The notes under the pieces are model-generated. The model was not told where the DNA came from. It ran no database searches and saw only the letters and a program-made list of their open reading frames with translations. Shown here in pieces: positions 52,734-64,000 of a stretch of DNA of 64,000 nt (the stretch's first letter is position 1; each line of letters starts with the position of its first letter). Source of the DNA: Amphiscolops sp. MND2022 (Eukaryota); assembly GCA_964187785.1 (NCBI GenBank), contig OZ076409.1, forward strand, positions 70,806,001-70,870,000, given 5' to 3'. Both the position numbers and the translations under genes were made by a program.

Positions 52734-54903
52734 GTGGAGGTTATTATATATCAATTAAAGTGTTTTTTTCCGGAGTTTGTGGCTTTGGAAAAAACAAAAG
52801 GCGAGAAATTGGGCACTCCAGGCTGAACCTAAAAACACCCTAAAATTCGCCCGATTTTTTTACGATCTCGAAACCCAACCGTACGATTTGGCTGAAAATT
52901 TGCATGTGGCTCCTAATCAATGAGTAATGAAAAAGTGTAGGAGTGACTTTTCCTGGGAAAATTGTTTTTGTTGCACTTTTTGCGCAATTTTTGACCGATT
53001 GTTGCGTTTTTTATGTCACTTTTGACTTTTCAGGCAAAAAACTCATAGATGCTTTGATCCTAGCGCATCGAGTGTTTCGACCAAAAAGTTGCAACATGGT
53101 CTTTTACGTACGTTGAGAAAATTTGGTAGCCATCGTATTACCCCCCACTGAGATAGAGGGAACTTCCGGTGGATTTTCGCACTCTAAAAACGAGGACCTC
53201 CTAAATTTCAGCATGAAGCCGTAGTTTTAGCGTGCTCATACCCTGCTGAAGTTTTGTTGGGCATATTGAGATAGTTATGATATCATGTGTTCAGTTCACC
53301 CCCCATCACCCCCTGGACCGGAAATGAACTTTTTTTGCACTATCATACCGGAAGTCTCCAATTTCACCGTTAAGCAGTTCTTGTACGAGCAACTACCAGG
53401 ACATCAAAATTGAAGTACCACCTGAGGTCAACGTAGTGACTACGTGTTGTCCAGTCATAGGTTCCGCTATGACCGGAAATGGGGTCCAAACCCCCTTTTT
53501 TGGTTGTTTTTCAACAATTTTACGAGTGTTTGGTCCACATTCAAGTCGCGTAAGTCAATTGAATCAGTGTGAGCATAAACTGTATGTTCACTGCGTAGAC
53601 GTAACTGACACTGACAGATACCGGAAGTAACCCCCCGTGACCGGAAGTTGTCATTTTTGACCGGAAATGGTCCAAAATGTAGCGTAAAATCAGTTTTCCA
53701 CTGCTTTTTAAAGTCAACTTATTATTTTTTCAATCTCCGCGAGCTTGTATTCAGGTTCGTTTTTGTTACCCGTGCACTTTGCAACAAATATACATCTGTA
53801 AAATTTTCTCTATAATATCTTCGGATAGAGAAATAACGTGTTTTTGAGACTTTTTTCAAAAATATTAGACTATATCTGTCATTTACCCAAAGTTTTTCAA
53901 CATAACGACCACAGTGGTTCGTCTCTGCCCAAATTTGTGCCTAAAAAACTATTTGGCCCATTGGCCTCAGTTTGAGCGTTCCAGCTTTGCGTGATCATAA
54001 GCTAAGGGACTTGAAAAAATTTCGAACTTTTTTCAAAAAAAAATTCTCACATTCATGTCTCCCAAAGTGAAGAAACTTCCACACAACTAGGATTGCAAGT
54101 GGATGCATGTGGCAAGCCCTATAATTGAAGGGAAAAATGCCGCTTAGAACGTCTCTTTATCGTAACTTGACGTTAACGTATGGTGCTTTGAATGAGAGCT
54201 TGATAAGAGGTCGAGAAGTCAAAGTGTGTAAATGGAACGTATGTCTCGTCGAAAACTCACCGGAATTCATGCAATGAACCCCAATTGTCCTCAATTGCAG
54301 TTGCCTACTGCAACAACGTCTTTCTGGTACATTTTACTCTTTTTCATAAGTGTCAAAATTATTTTTAAATTCAGTTAGCAAGAAACACTTGAGTACATTT
54401 TCATCTCTCCCCAGCGGGTGAGATGAGAATGTTCTTGCTAAATGCCAGGTACTACGGCCCCCCTTTTGTTTTAATGCGACGCATTCTCTGCTTTAGCACA
54501 TAGATATTTCATTTCGCCTGGTTTTTTGTATACTCTCTGACTTGTTATTATAAAGTTCTCGTCATTACTGTACATAAATTTACAACCATAAATCGTTATC
54601 GGCAACGCCACATACACTTAGACACCCACCATTCTGTAGGTATGTCGAGGCATACCTTTCGATTATGTCATAACGCAAACGCGATAAAAAGTGCTGAAAT
54701 TCAGAAACAGTGACAATCAATTTTCACTATTTGACATATGGTAGGTTTTTATAGGGAACTTACACATCACTGACATTTCACAACATTCCAGCTGACGCCC
54801 ACATACCATATTAACGCCCACCGTCCGTGGGCATGCCGAGGCATGCCCTTCGACGACGTATGCCAATTTTTTTATATCTACACTCAATTGCGGTAGCAGC
54901 TAG
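52734..54903 (+). mobile_element. Family G2 unit (2170 bp)
   Basis: Homologous to 48090-50275. Confidence 0.6.
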
Positions 54904-57088
54904 GTGGAGGTTATTTTATAATAATTAAAGTGTTTTTTTCCGGAGTTTGTGGCTTTGGAAAAAACAAAAGGCGAGAAATTGGGCACTCCGGGCTGAACCG
55001 TATACACTCAAAATTCGCCCAAAATTTATACGATCTCGAAACCCAGCCGTACGATTTGGCTGAAAATTTGCATGCGGCTAAAAAATCAGATTCTAAGAAC
55101 TATTTCCTGCTGACATTTTTTTGAAATTTTTGTGTACGTTTCCCCCCCGCCCCCTAAAGGGGTCAATTTTCCCCAATTTTGCACTTTTTAGTCAAATTCT
55201 CAAAACTGGTGGATCTGAGCTTTTTCCCGATGGGGACAACTTTTAACAAGCGCTGTTCAGTAGACCTTTTTGACTTTTTACTTTGGTGGTACGTTCACCC
55301 CCCAAGGAGGAAATGGCGTTTTTGTGACTTCCGGTCGAGACTTTTTTCACCCAAAAAATAGAAATAAGCCAGTTTTGAGCAAGAAGGAGTGGATTTAAAG
55401 TGTCTGTACCCTGCTAAAAATTTGTGGGGCGTGTAGCGATATATCTCATACCAAGTGTGGTTTTCACCCCCGAACCCCCCTCGAGACCAAAATTCACCCA
55501 AACGTTTTACCTCTATTTGTGGTTTTTTCACAAAATGTCGTCATTTCCATCGGCAAAGATTTGAATTAGGGGCTCCTAATAGGGTACCAAAGTTCAAGTA
55601 CACTTGGAGTGCAACTGAGTGACCCTTTTTGGGACTCTCGTGTGTTCGGCAATAACCGGAAGTTGTATAAACCCCCCTTTTTTGACGTTTGTTGACCTTG
55701 AGACTCGCGCTTAGATGACGTTTATGTCGCGCAAATCCTACAAACCAGTATTAGAATGACATGCTAGCCAACTAGAGAGCAATAAGGGAAACTATACTAT
55801 ACCGGAAGTAAACCCCTCTTGACCGGAAGTTGTCATTTTTGACCGGAAATGGTCCAAAACCTAGCGTGAAAGCTGTTTTTCATTGCTTTTAAAGTCAACT
55901 TATTACTTTTTTCACTCTGCGCGAGCTTGCCTTCAGGTTCGTTAGTGTTGCCCGTACACACTGCAACAAATATACATCTGTAAAATTTTCGCTATAATAT
56001 CGTCGGAGAGAGAAATAACGGGTTTTTGGGATTTTTTTTCAAAAATATTAGTGTTTATCTGTCATTTTTACCCAACGTTATTGAACAGTAGAACCATAGG
56101 GGTTAGTATTCGCCCAAATATATGCCTAACAAAAGCACTTGTCCCATTGGTTGCAGTTTGGGCGTTTTAGCTTTGCCTGGTCACAAGTTAGGGGACTTGA
56201 AAAACTTTCAAAATCATTTCCGAAATTTTTTTCTAAACGTCACGTCTCCCAAAGTTAAGAAACTTCCTCACAACTAGGACCGCAAGTGAATGCATGTGGT
56301 TAGACCTATAAATGGAGAGAAAAACTCCGTTTAGAACATCTCTTTATCGTAACGTGACGTTAAGAGATGTTGCTTTGAATGTGAATTTGATAATGCGTCG
56401 AGAAGTAAAAGTGTGTAAATGGAACCTTTGTCTCGATAAATACTCCTCGCAATACATGCGATGAACCCCAATTACCCTCAGTTTCAGTTGCTTAGTACAT
56501 CAACGTCTTCCAAGGACCTTTTATCTATTTTGAAAATGTCGAAATCATTATTAATATCAGTTATCAAGAAACACATGAGCACATTCTCATCTCTCCCCAT
56601 CGGGTGAGGTGAGAATGTTCTTGCTAAAAGCCAGGTACTACGGCCCCCTTTTGTTTTAATACGATGCATTCTCTGCTTTAGCTCATAGATATTTTTTTTC
56701 GCCTGATTGTTTGTATACTCTCTGACTTCTTGTTATAAATCTCTCGTCATTACTTTACATAAATATACAACCAAAAATCATTATCGTCAACGCCACATAC
56801 ATTTAGACGCCCACCATTCCGTAGGTATGTCGAGGCATACCTTTCGATTACGTATGTCAAAACGCAAACGTGATAAAAAGTGCTGGAAGTCTCAAACAGT
56901 GACAAACAAATTTGACTACTTGAAATATGGGAGGTTTTTATATGGAACTTACACATAGCTGACATTTCACAACTTTGCAGCTGACGCCCACATGCCAACA
57001 TCAACGCCCACCGTCCGTGGGCATGCCGAGGCATGCCCTTCGACGACGTATAGCAAATCCCTTTCACCGACGCGCACTCTCCCGCTAG
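54904..57088 (+). mobile_element. Family G1 unit (2185 bp)
   Basis: Near-identical to the adjacent 57089-59273. Confidence 0.6.
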
Positions 57089-59273
57089 GTGGAGGTTATT
57101 TTATATGAATTAAAGTGTTTTTTTCCGGAGTTTGTGGCTTTGGAAAAAACAAAAGGCGAGAAATTGGGCACTCCGGGCTGAACCGTATACACTCAAAATT
57201 CGCCCAAAATTTATACGATCTCGAAACCCAGCCGTACGATTTGGCTGAAAATTTGCATGCGGCTAAAAAATCAGATTCTAAGAACTATTTCCTGCTGACA
57301 TTTTTTTGAAATTTTTGTGTACGTTTCCCCCCCGCCCCCTAAAGGGGTCAATTTTCCCCAATTTTGCACTTTTTAGTCAAATTCTCAAAACTGGTGGATC
57401 TGAGCTTTTTCCCGATGGGGACAACTTTTAACAAGCGCTGTTCAGTAGACCTTTTTGACTTTTTACTTTGGTGGTACGTTCACCCCCCAAGGAGGAAATG
57501 GCGTTTTTGTGACTTCCGGTCGAGACTTTTTTCACCCAAAAAATAGAAATAAGCCAGTTTTGAGCAGGAAGGAGTGGATTTAAAGTGTCTGTACCCTGCT
57601 AAAAATTTGTGGGGCGTGTAGCGATATATCTCATATCAAGTCTGGTTTTCACCCCCGAACCCCCCTCGAGACCAAAATTCACCCAAACGTTTTACCTCTA
57701 TTTGTGGTTTTTTCACAAAATGTCGTCATTTCCATCGGCAAAGATTTGAATTAGGGGCTCCTAATAGGGTACCAAAGTTCAAGTACACTTGGAGTGCAAC
57801 TGAGTGACCCTTTTTGGGCCTCTCGTGTGTTCGGCAATAACCGGAAGTTGTATAAACCCCCCTTTTTTGACGTTTGTTGACCTTGAGACTCGCGCTTAGA
57901 TGACGTTTATGTCGCGCAAATCCTACAAACCAGTATTAGAATGACATGCTAGCCAACTAGAGAGCAATAAGGGAAACTATACTATACCGGAAGTAACCCC
58001 CTCTTGACCGGAAGTTGTCATTTTTGACCGGAAATGGTCCAAAACCTAGCGTGAAAGCTGTTTTTCATTGCTTTTAAAGTCAACTTATTACTTTTTTCAC
58101 TCTGCGCGAGCTTGCCTTCAGGTTCGTTAGTGTTGCCCGTACACACTGCAACAAATATACATCTGTAAAATTTTCGCTATAATATCGTCGGAGAGAGAAA
58201 TAACGGGTTTTTGGGATTTTTTTTTCAAAAATATTAGTGTTTATCTGTCATTTTTACCCAACGTTATTGAACAGTAGAACCATAGGGGTTAGTCTTCGCC
58301 CAAATATGTGCCTAACAAAAGCACTTGTCCCATTGGTTGCAGTTTGGGCGTTTTAGCTTTGCCTGGTCACAAGTTAGGGGACTTGAAAAACTTTCAAAAT
58401 CATTTCCGAAATTTTTTTCTAAACGTCACGTCTCCCAAAGTTAAGAAACTTCCTCACAACTAGGACCGCAAGTGAATGCATGTGGTTAGACCTATAAATG
58501 GAGAGAAAAACTCCGTTTAGAACATCTCTTTATCGTAACGTGACGTTAAGAGATGTTGCTTTGAATGTGAATTTGATAATGCGTCGAGAAGTAAAAGTGT
58601 GTAAATGGAACCTTTGTCTCGATAAATACTCCTCGCAATACATGCGATGAACCCCAATTACCCTCAGTTTCAGTTGCTTAGTACATCAACGTCTTCCAAG
58701 GACCTTTTATCTATTTTGAAAATGTCGAAATCATTATTAATATCAGTTATCAAGAAACACATGAGCACATTCTCATCTCTCCCCATCGGGTGAGGTGAGA
58801 ATGTTCTTGCTAAAAGCCAGGTACTACGGCCCCCTTTTGTTTTAATACGATGCATTCTCTGCTTTAGCTCATAGATATTTTTTTCGCCTGATTGTTTGTA
58901 TACTCTCTGACTTCTTGTTATAAATCTCTCGTCATTACTTTACATAAATATACAACCAAAAATCATTATCGTCAACGCCACATACATTTAGACGCCCACC
59001 ATTCCGTAGGTATGTCGAGGCATACCTTTCGATTACGTATGTCAAAACGCAAACGTGATAAAAAGTGCTGGAAGTCTCAAACAGTGACAAACAAATTTGA
59101 CTACTTGAAATATGGGAGGTTTTTATATGGAACTTACACATAGCTGACATTTCACAACTTTGCAGCTGACGCCCACATGCCAACATCAACGCCCACCGTC
59201 CGTGGGCATGCCGAGGCATGCCCTTCGACGACGTATAGCAAATCCCTTTCACCGACGCGCACTCTCCCGCTAG
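57089..59273 (+). mobile_element. Family G1 unit (2185 bp)
   Basis: Near-identical to the adjacent 54904-57088. Confidence 0.6.
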
Positions 59274-61650
59274 GTGGTCGGGGTGTGTTTCCCAGCCGAT
59301 TTTGCCGCGCGGGGAGGGACCCGTTCAGCGGCCCAGGTCATTATTTTTTTACATTAAAAAAAACGATACCCCGGAAAGCGATTTCGAAACCCACCCGTAG
59401 GATCCCTCTGAATTTTTGCATACACCTCCGTATAACAGTTCTAAGAAAAAGTCAGCAAGGGCGTTTTCAGTTCTAAACGGGGAATGTTGACCAAAAAGCG
59501 CAATTTATGTCCAAAAAAATGCAATTTTTCGACTTTTTTATTTTTGACGGCCAACAGCTCTTTTCCAGATGCCCGCCCAAGTCATAAACCGGAGTAAACT
59601 TTTGTTGGGCACTTCGTGAAGAATCTTTAGGGTGATTTTCGTTTCATTCCTATTTCCTGACGTTGACTTATAATTGGGTGAAAAAACGCAACATTTGTTA
59701 CAAAAAGTGCTTTTGGTACTCAAGGGCCCATAACTCGTGACATAATCAATTGAGCAAGTTCGTGTATACTTACGATTTTGTTGCCTATCTATAGGAGAAC
59801 AAACAAGCAGTGACAAAACTTTCTGTGGGAAGACGTCAAAAAAAGATATCACAGGTTTTATAATCAATAAAACAGTGTTTTTCGGTTATCGTGGAAAAAA
59901 TGTAAAAGGGTGGCATTTTTCGGCTGTTTAAGGTAGCGGGTATTTTATTGCTGTTATTAACTCACCTCTAGAATTCATTTACTTGGATGATTTTCAATTT
60001 TGATAAATTACATGATAAACTTCATTTTTTGCGTCACCAATATTGACACCCACGATTACAGTCATTTTTTTCGCGTTCACGTTTTTGAGTGGATATAACT
60101 TTTTTCCAGTGTGTTTTACGGTCATCATCCAAGAGCACAAAATTGTTGGCCGTCTTAAGCAGAAAATATATGGTAAGTTTAGAGTCATTTGAAACGTTTT
60201 TGAAATGTCCAGAGATGCACAAATTTACAGTTTTTTTGCCCACAAAACACTATTTTACGAAACCCAACACTTTTTGCCAAAAAAGTCAAACTTTGTCCAC
60301 ACAACTTAGATTGCAAGTGAATGCATGCGGAGAGTACTTGAAATGATGGGAAAAATGAGCTATAGAACGCTCATTTACGACAACCTGACGTGGACTTAGG
60401 ACAATTTGAAAAAGTACGAAAAAAAAGAACAACGGTTCCAAAACAATCAGTTTGTAGTAAATGGCCAATAACTCCATACACAACCTTCCGCGCAAGCTAG
60501 TGTCCAAGTACGTTTTTGTTACCCGTGAACAGTGCAACAAATAAGTAAAAGTAAAACTTTATGTAGAGAATCGTCGGAGAAAGAAATAACGGGATTTTTT
60601 GTCACATTTAAGAGACAAAATTGAAAAATTAGTCTATTCCTGGCATTTTACCTAAACTTTTTCGACAGTACACATACAGGAGGTAAAATTCGCCCAATAC
60701 CATGCCTAACAAAACTATTTGATCCATTGGCCGCAATTTGAGCGTTCCACCTTTCCCCAGTCATAAATTATGGGACTTCGAAATTTTTCAAAATTTCCAT
60801 TTTTCAACAAAATTTCAAATTCAGGCCTCCCAAAGGTAAGAAAGTTCCACACAACTAGGATTGCAAGTGGTTGCATGTGGAAAGTGCTCGATCCGACGAG
60901 AAAAATGGGCTTTAGAACGTCTCTCTATCGTAACCTGACGTTGACTTATGATGTTTTGAATGTGAGACTGCTACGTGCTCGAGAAGTGTAAGTGGAACAT
61001 ATGTCTCGTTGAAAACTCATCGGAATACATTCAATGAACCCAATCACCCTAAATTGCAGTTTCCTAGTGCAACAACGTCTGTCAAGGACCTTTTTTGATA
61101 AGAGTCGAAATTATTATTAAATTCAGTTAGCAAGAAACACTTGAGTACATTCTCATCTCTCCCCATCGGGGGAGATGAGAATGTACTTGCTAAAACGGCT
61201 TCTTTGTTTTCATGCGATGGATTCTGTGCCTTGCCACACATATAACTTTGTTTTGTGTGACCTTGCGTATATACTTTGACTTGTCATAATAAATTTTTTC
61301 TCGTAAATTTACGTAAATCAACAATGCATCTACAATGCACCTTCAACGTCAAAGCCAAATAAATATAGCTGGCCACCGTCCGTAGGCAGAGCAAGGCATG
61401 CTTTTTGACGACGTATTCCGAAACACAAACGCAAACAAAACTGCTGAAAATCGGAAACAGTGACCAACAATTTTGACTGTTTGACATATGGTAGGTTTTT
61501 ATATGGAACTTACACATCACTGATATTTCACAACATTTCAGCTGACGCCCACCTACCACTATCAACGCGCACCGTCAGTGGGCATGCCGAGGCATGCCCT
61601 TCGACGACGTATGGCTAACACCTTCAGCGACGCCCCCACTGCGCCCCTAG
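59274..61650 (+). mobile_element. Family F unit (2377 bp)
   Basis: Homologous to 43347-45717. Confidence 0.6.
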
Positions 61651-64000
61651 GTGGTCGGGGTGTGTTTCCCAGCCGTTTTTGCCGCGCGGGGAGGGACCCG
61701 TTCAGCGGCCCTGGTAATTCAAAATGTACATTCAAAAAGTGACCACCCTGAAAGCGATTTCGAAACCCACCCGTAGGATCCCTCTGAATTTTTGCATACA
61801 CCTCCGTATAACAGATGTAAGAAAAAGTCAGCAAGGGCGTTTTCAGTTCTAAACGGGGAATGTTGACCAAAAAGCGCAATTTATGTCCAAAAAAATGCAA
61901 TTTTTCGACTTTTTTATTTTTGACGGTCAACAGCTCTTTTCCAGATGCCCGCCCAAGTCATAAACCGGAGAGAGCTTTTGTTGGGCACTTCGTGAAGAAT
62001 CTTCAGGGTGATTTTCATTTCAATCGTATTTCCTGACGTTGACTTTTATGTGACGCAATTAGGTGACAAATTGGGTGAAAAAACGCAATTTTGGTACTAT
62101 AGGGCTCATAACTCGTTACAGAGTCAGTTTAGCAAGTTCATTTATATTTACGTTTTTGTTGTCTATCTATAAACAAACAATTAGGCAGAGACAAAATTTT
62201 CTGTGAAACATCGTGAAAAAAAGATATCACAGGTGTAAAAAACGCAAAAAATGTACTTTTTCGGATTTCGTGGAAAAAATTCAAAAAAGTCACATCTACC
62301 GGCTGTTTCAGGTAGCGGGGTTTTTATTGCAGTTAATAGCTTACCTTTAGCAGTCATTTACTTGGATGGTTTTTGATTTTGATGAATTGCATGAAAACTT
62401 TCATTTTTTGCCTCACCAATATTGACACCCACGACTACAGTCGATTTTTCGAAATCACGTATTTAACTGGATATAACGTTTTTCCTGTGCGTTTTACGGT
62501 CCTCACACAGGGGTGCAAAATTGTTCCCCGTCTTAAACAGAGGGCATATGGTGAGTTTAGAGTAATTTGAAACGTTTTTGAAATGTCCAGAGATGAACAA
62601 ATTTACGGTTTTTTTGCCCACAAAACACTATTTTACGAAACCCAACACGTTTTGCCAAAAAAGACAAACTTCGTCCACACAACTTAGATTGCAAGTGGAT
62701 GCATGCGAAGAGCACTTGAAATGACGAGAAAAATGAGCTATAGAACGTTCCTTTACGACCACCTGACGTGGACTTAAGATAATTTGAAAAATCACAAAAA
62801 AGAACAACGGTTCCAAAACAATCAGTTTGTAGTAAATGGCCAAAAACTCCATACACAACCCTCCGCGCAAGATAGTGTACGAGTACGTTTTTATAACCAG
62901 TGAGCAGTGCAACAAATAAGCAAAAGTAAAACTTTATGTAGAAAATCGTCGGGAAAAGAAAAACGGGATTTTATATCACATTTAGGTGACAAAATTCAAA
63001 AATCAGTCTATCCATGGCATTTTCCTTAATATTTTTCGACAATACACCCACACTGGGTAAAATCTGCCTAAAATTGTGCCTACTAATACTATTTGATCAT
63101 TTGGCCGCAAATTGAGCGTTCTAGTTTCCCCAGTCAAAAATTATGGGACTTCGAAATTTTTCAAAATTTTCATTTTTCAACAAAATTTCAACTTCAGGCC
63201 TCCCAAAGGTAAGAAAAACCCACACAACTAGGATTGCAAGTGGATGCATGTGGAAAGTACTTGAATAGACGAGATTAATGGGCTTTAGAACGTCTCTCTA
63301 TCGTATTTTGACGTTGACTTATGATGTTTTGAATGTGAGTTTGCTAAGGGGTCGAGAAGTCAAAGTGTAAAAGTGGAACATATGTCTCGTCGAAAACTCA
63401 TCGGTATACATGCAATGAACCCCAATCACCCTCAATTACAGATGACTAGTGCAACAACGTCTGTCAAGGACATTTTTTGATAAGTGTCGAAATCACTACT
63501 AAATTCAGTTAGTAAGAAACTCTTGGGTACATTCTCATCTCTCCCCATCGGGGGAGATGAGAATGTACTTGCTAAAACGGTATCTTTTGTTTTCATGCGA
63601 GACATTATGTGCTTCGGCACATAGAAAACTTTGTGTTGTCTGACTTTTCGTATATACGTTAATTTTTCATGAATTTTCTCGTCATTACGTAACAAAAACT
63701 TTCTACCATTCACCTTTAACTTTAGATTCCTAATAATAAATTTAGACTCCTGTCGTCGAAAAACATACTGAGGCATGTTTTTCGACGACGTATGCCGAAA
63801 CATAAATGCGAACAAAAGTGCTGAATTTCAGAATCAGTGACAAACAATTTTGACTATTTGACATATGGTAGCTTTTTATATGGATCTTACACATCACTGA
63901 TATTTCACAACATTCCAGCTGACGCCCACAATCCAACATCAACGCCCATCGTCTGTGGGCATGCCGAGGCATGCCCTTCGACGACGTATGGCTAATACCT
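61651..64000 (+). mobile_element. Family F unit, cut by the window end just after its terminal hairpin
   Basis: F head; terminal hairpin 63957-63976. Confidence 0.6.

Larger units (their letters stand above)
1..64000 (+). repeat. Heterogeneous head-to-tail tandem array of 39 non-coding hairpin-bounded units joined at CTAG|GTG (runs off both window ends)
   Basis: CTAGGTG junctions with CTAG ending at 904, 2878, 4164, 6135, 8109, 9411, 11405, 13377, 14645, 16641, 17931, 19205, 20519, 21793, 23080, 24348, 25634, 26904, 28193, 29479, 30769, 32085, 34060, 35335, 37309, 38596, 39868, 41157, 43346, 45717, 48089, 50275, 51345, 52733, 54903, 57088, 59273, 61650. All but 51345 are preceded by the GGGCATGCCGAGGCATGCCC hairpin or its AGG...CCT variant. 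Confidence 0.95.

Noticed and set aside
60..63972. Short ORFs (60-158 aa) in the ORF track, many recurring
   Set aside because: They recur only because the DNA is repeated. Copies differ by frameshifts and stops in homopolymer runs, several cross unit junctions, and none shows Rep/helicase, HUH, recombinase, transposase or other recognisable motifs.
1..64000. rDNA, 5S, tRNA, snRNA, spliced-leader or histone gene tandem array
   Set aside because: No recognisable rRNA, tRNA, snRNA or histone sequence in any unit; not formally excluded without an Rfam search.
1..64000. Simple satellite with a regular higher-order repeat, or TIR/LTR transposons
   Set aside because: Unit order is aperiodic with several length classes; no terminal inverted repeats, LTRs, poly(A) tails or target-site duplications at junctions.
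1..64000. Concatenated kinetoplast minicircles
   Set aside because: The universal minicircle sequence GGGGTTGGTGTA was not seen as a recurring block on either strand.

Overview
The window holds no recognisable protein-coding or RNA gene. All 64 kb is one uninterrupted, same-orientation, head-to-tail array of non-coding units: 37 complete and 2 partial, 1.07-2.38 kb each. All 38 junctions are exactly CTAG|GTG. It is not a homogeneous satellite: several divergent unit families occur in shuffled order, and near-identical units recur with different neighbours. Units share one architecture: 5'-GTG; a left hairpin whose stem covaries between families around a conserved (T/G)AGGG(N) loop; a GATCTCG...GATTTGGCTGAAATTT box; a variable body; an internal bulged hairpin; tandem TCAACGCC repeats; a right hairpin GGGCATGCC-GA-GGCATGCCC with compensatory variants; a unit-specific tail; CTAG-3'. 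My best interpretation, which is inference, is a cassette-like array of non-autonomous rolling-circle/HUH-type (Helitron-like) elements that insert precisely at each other's ends. Family composition differs between 1-41157 and 41158-64000. No mobilising enzyme is encoded here. The host is probably eukaryotic but cannot be identified. Family names (A, B, C etc.) are my own labels, and all coordinates were counted by eye.
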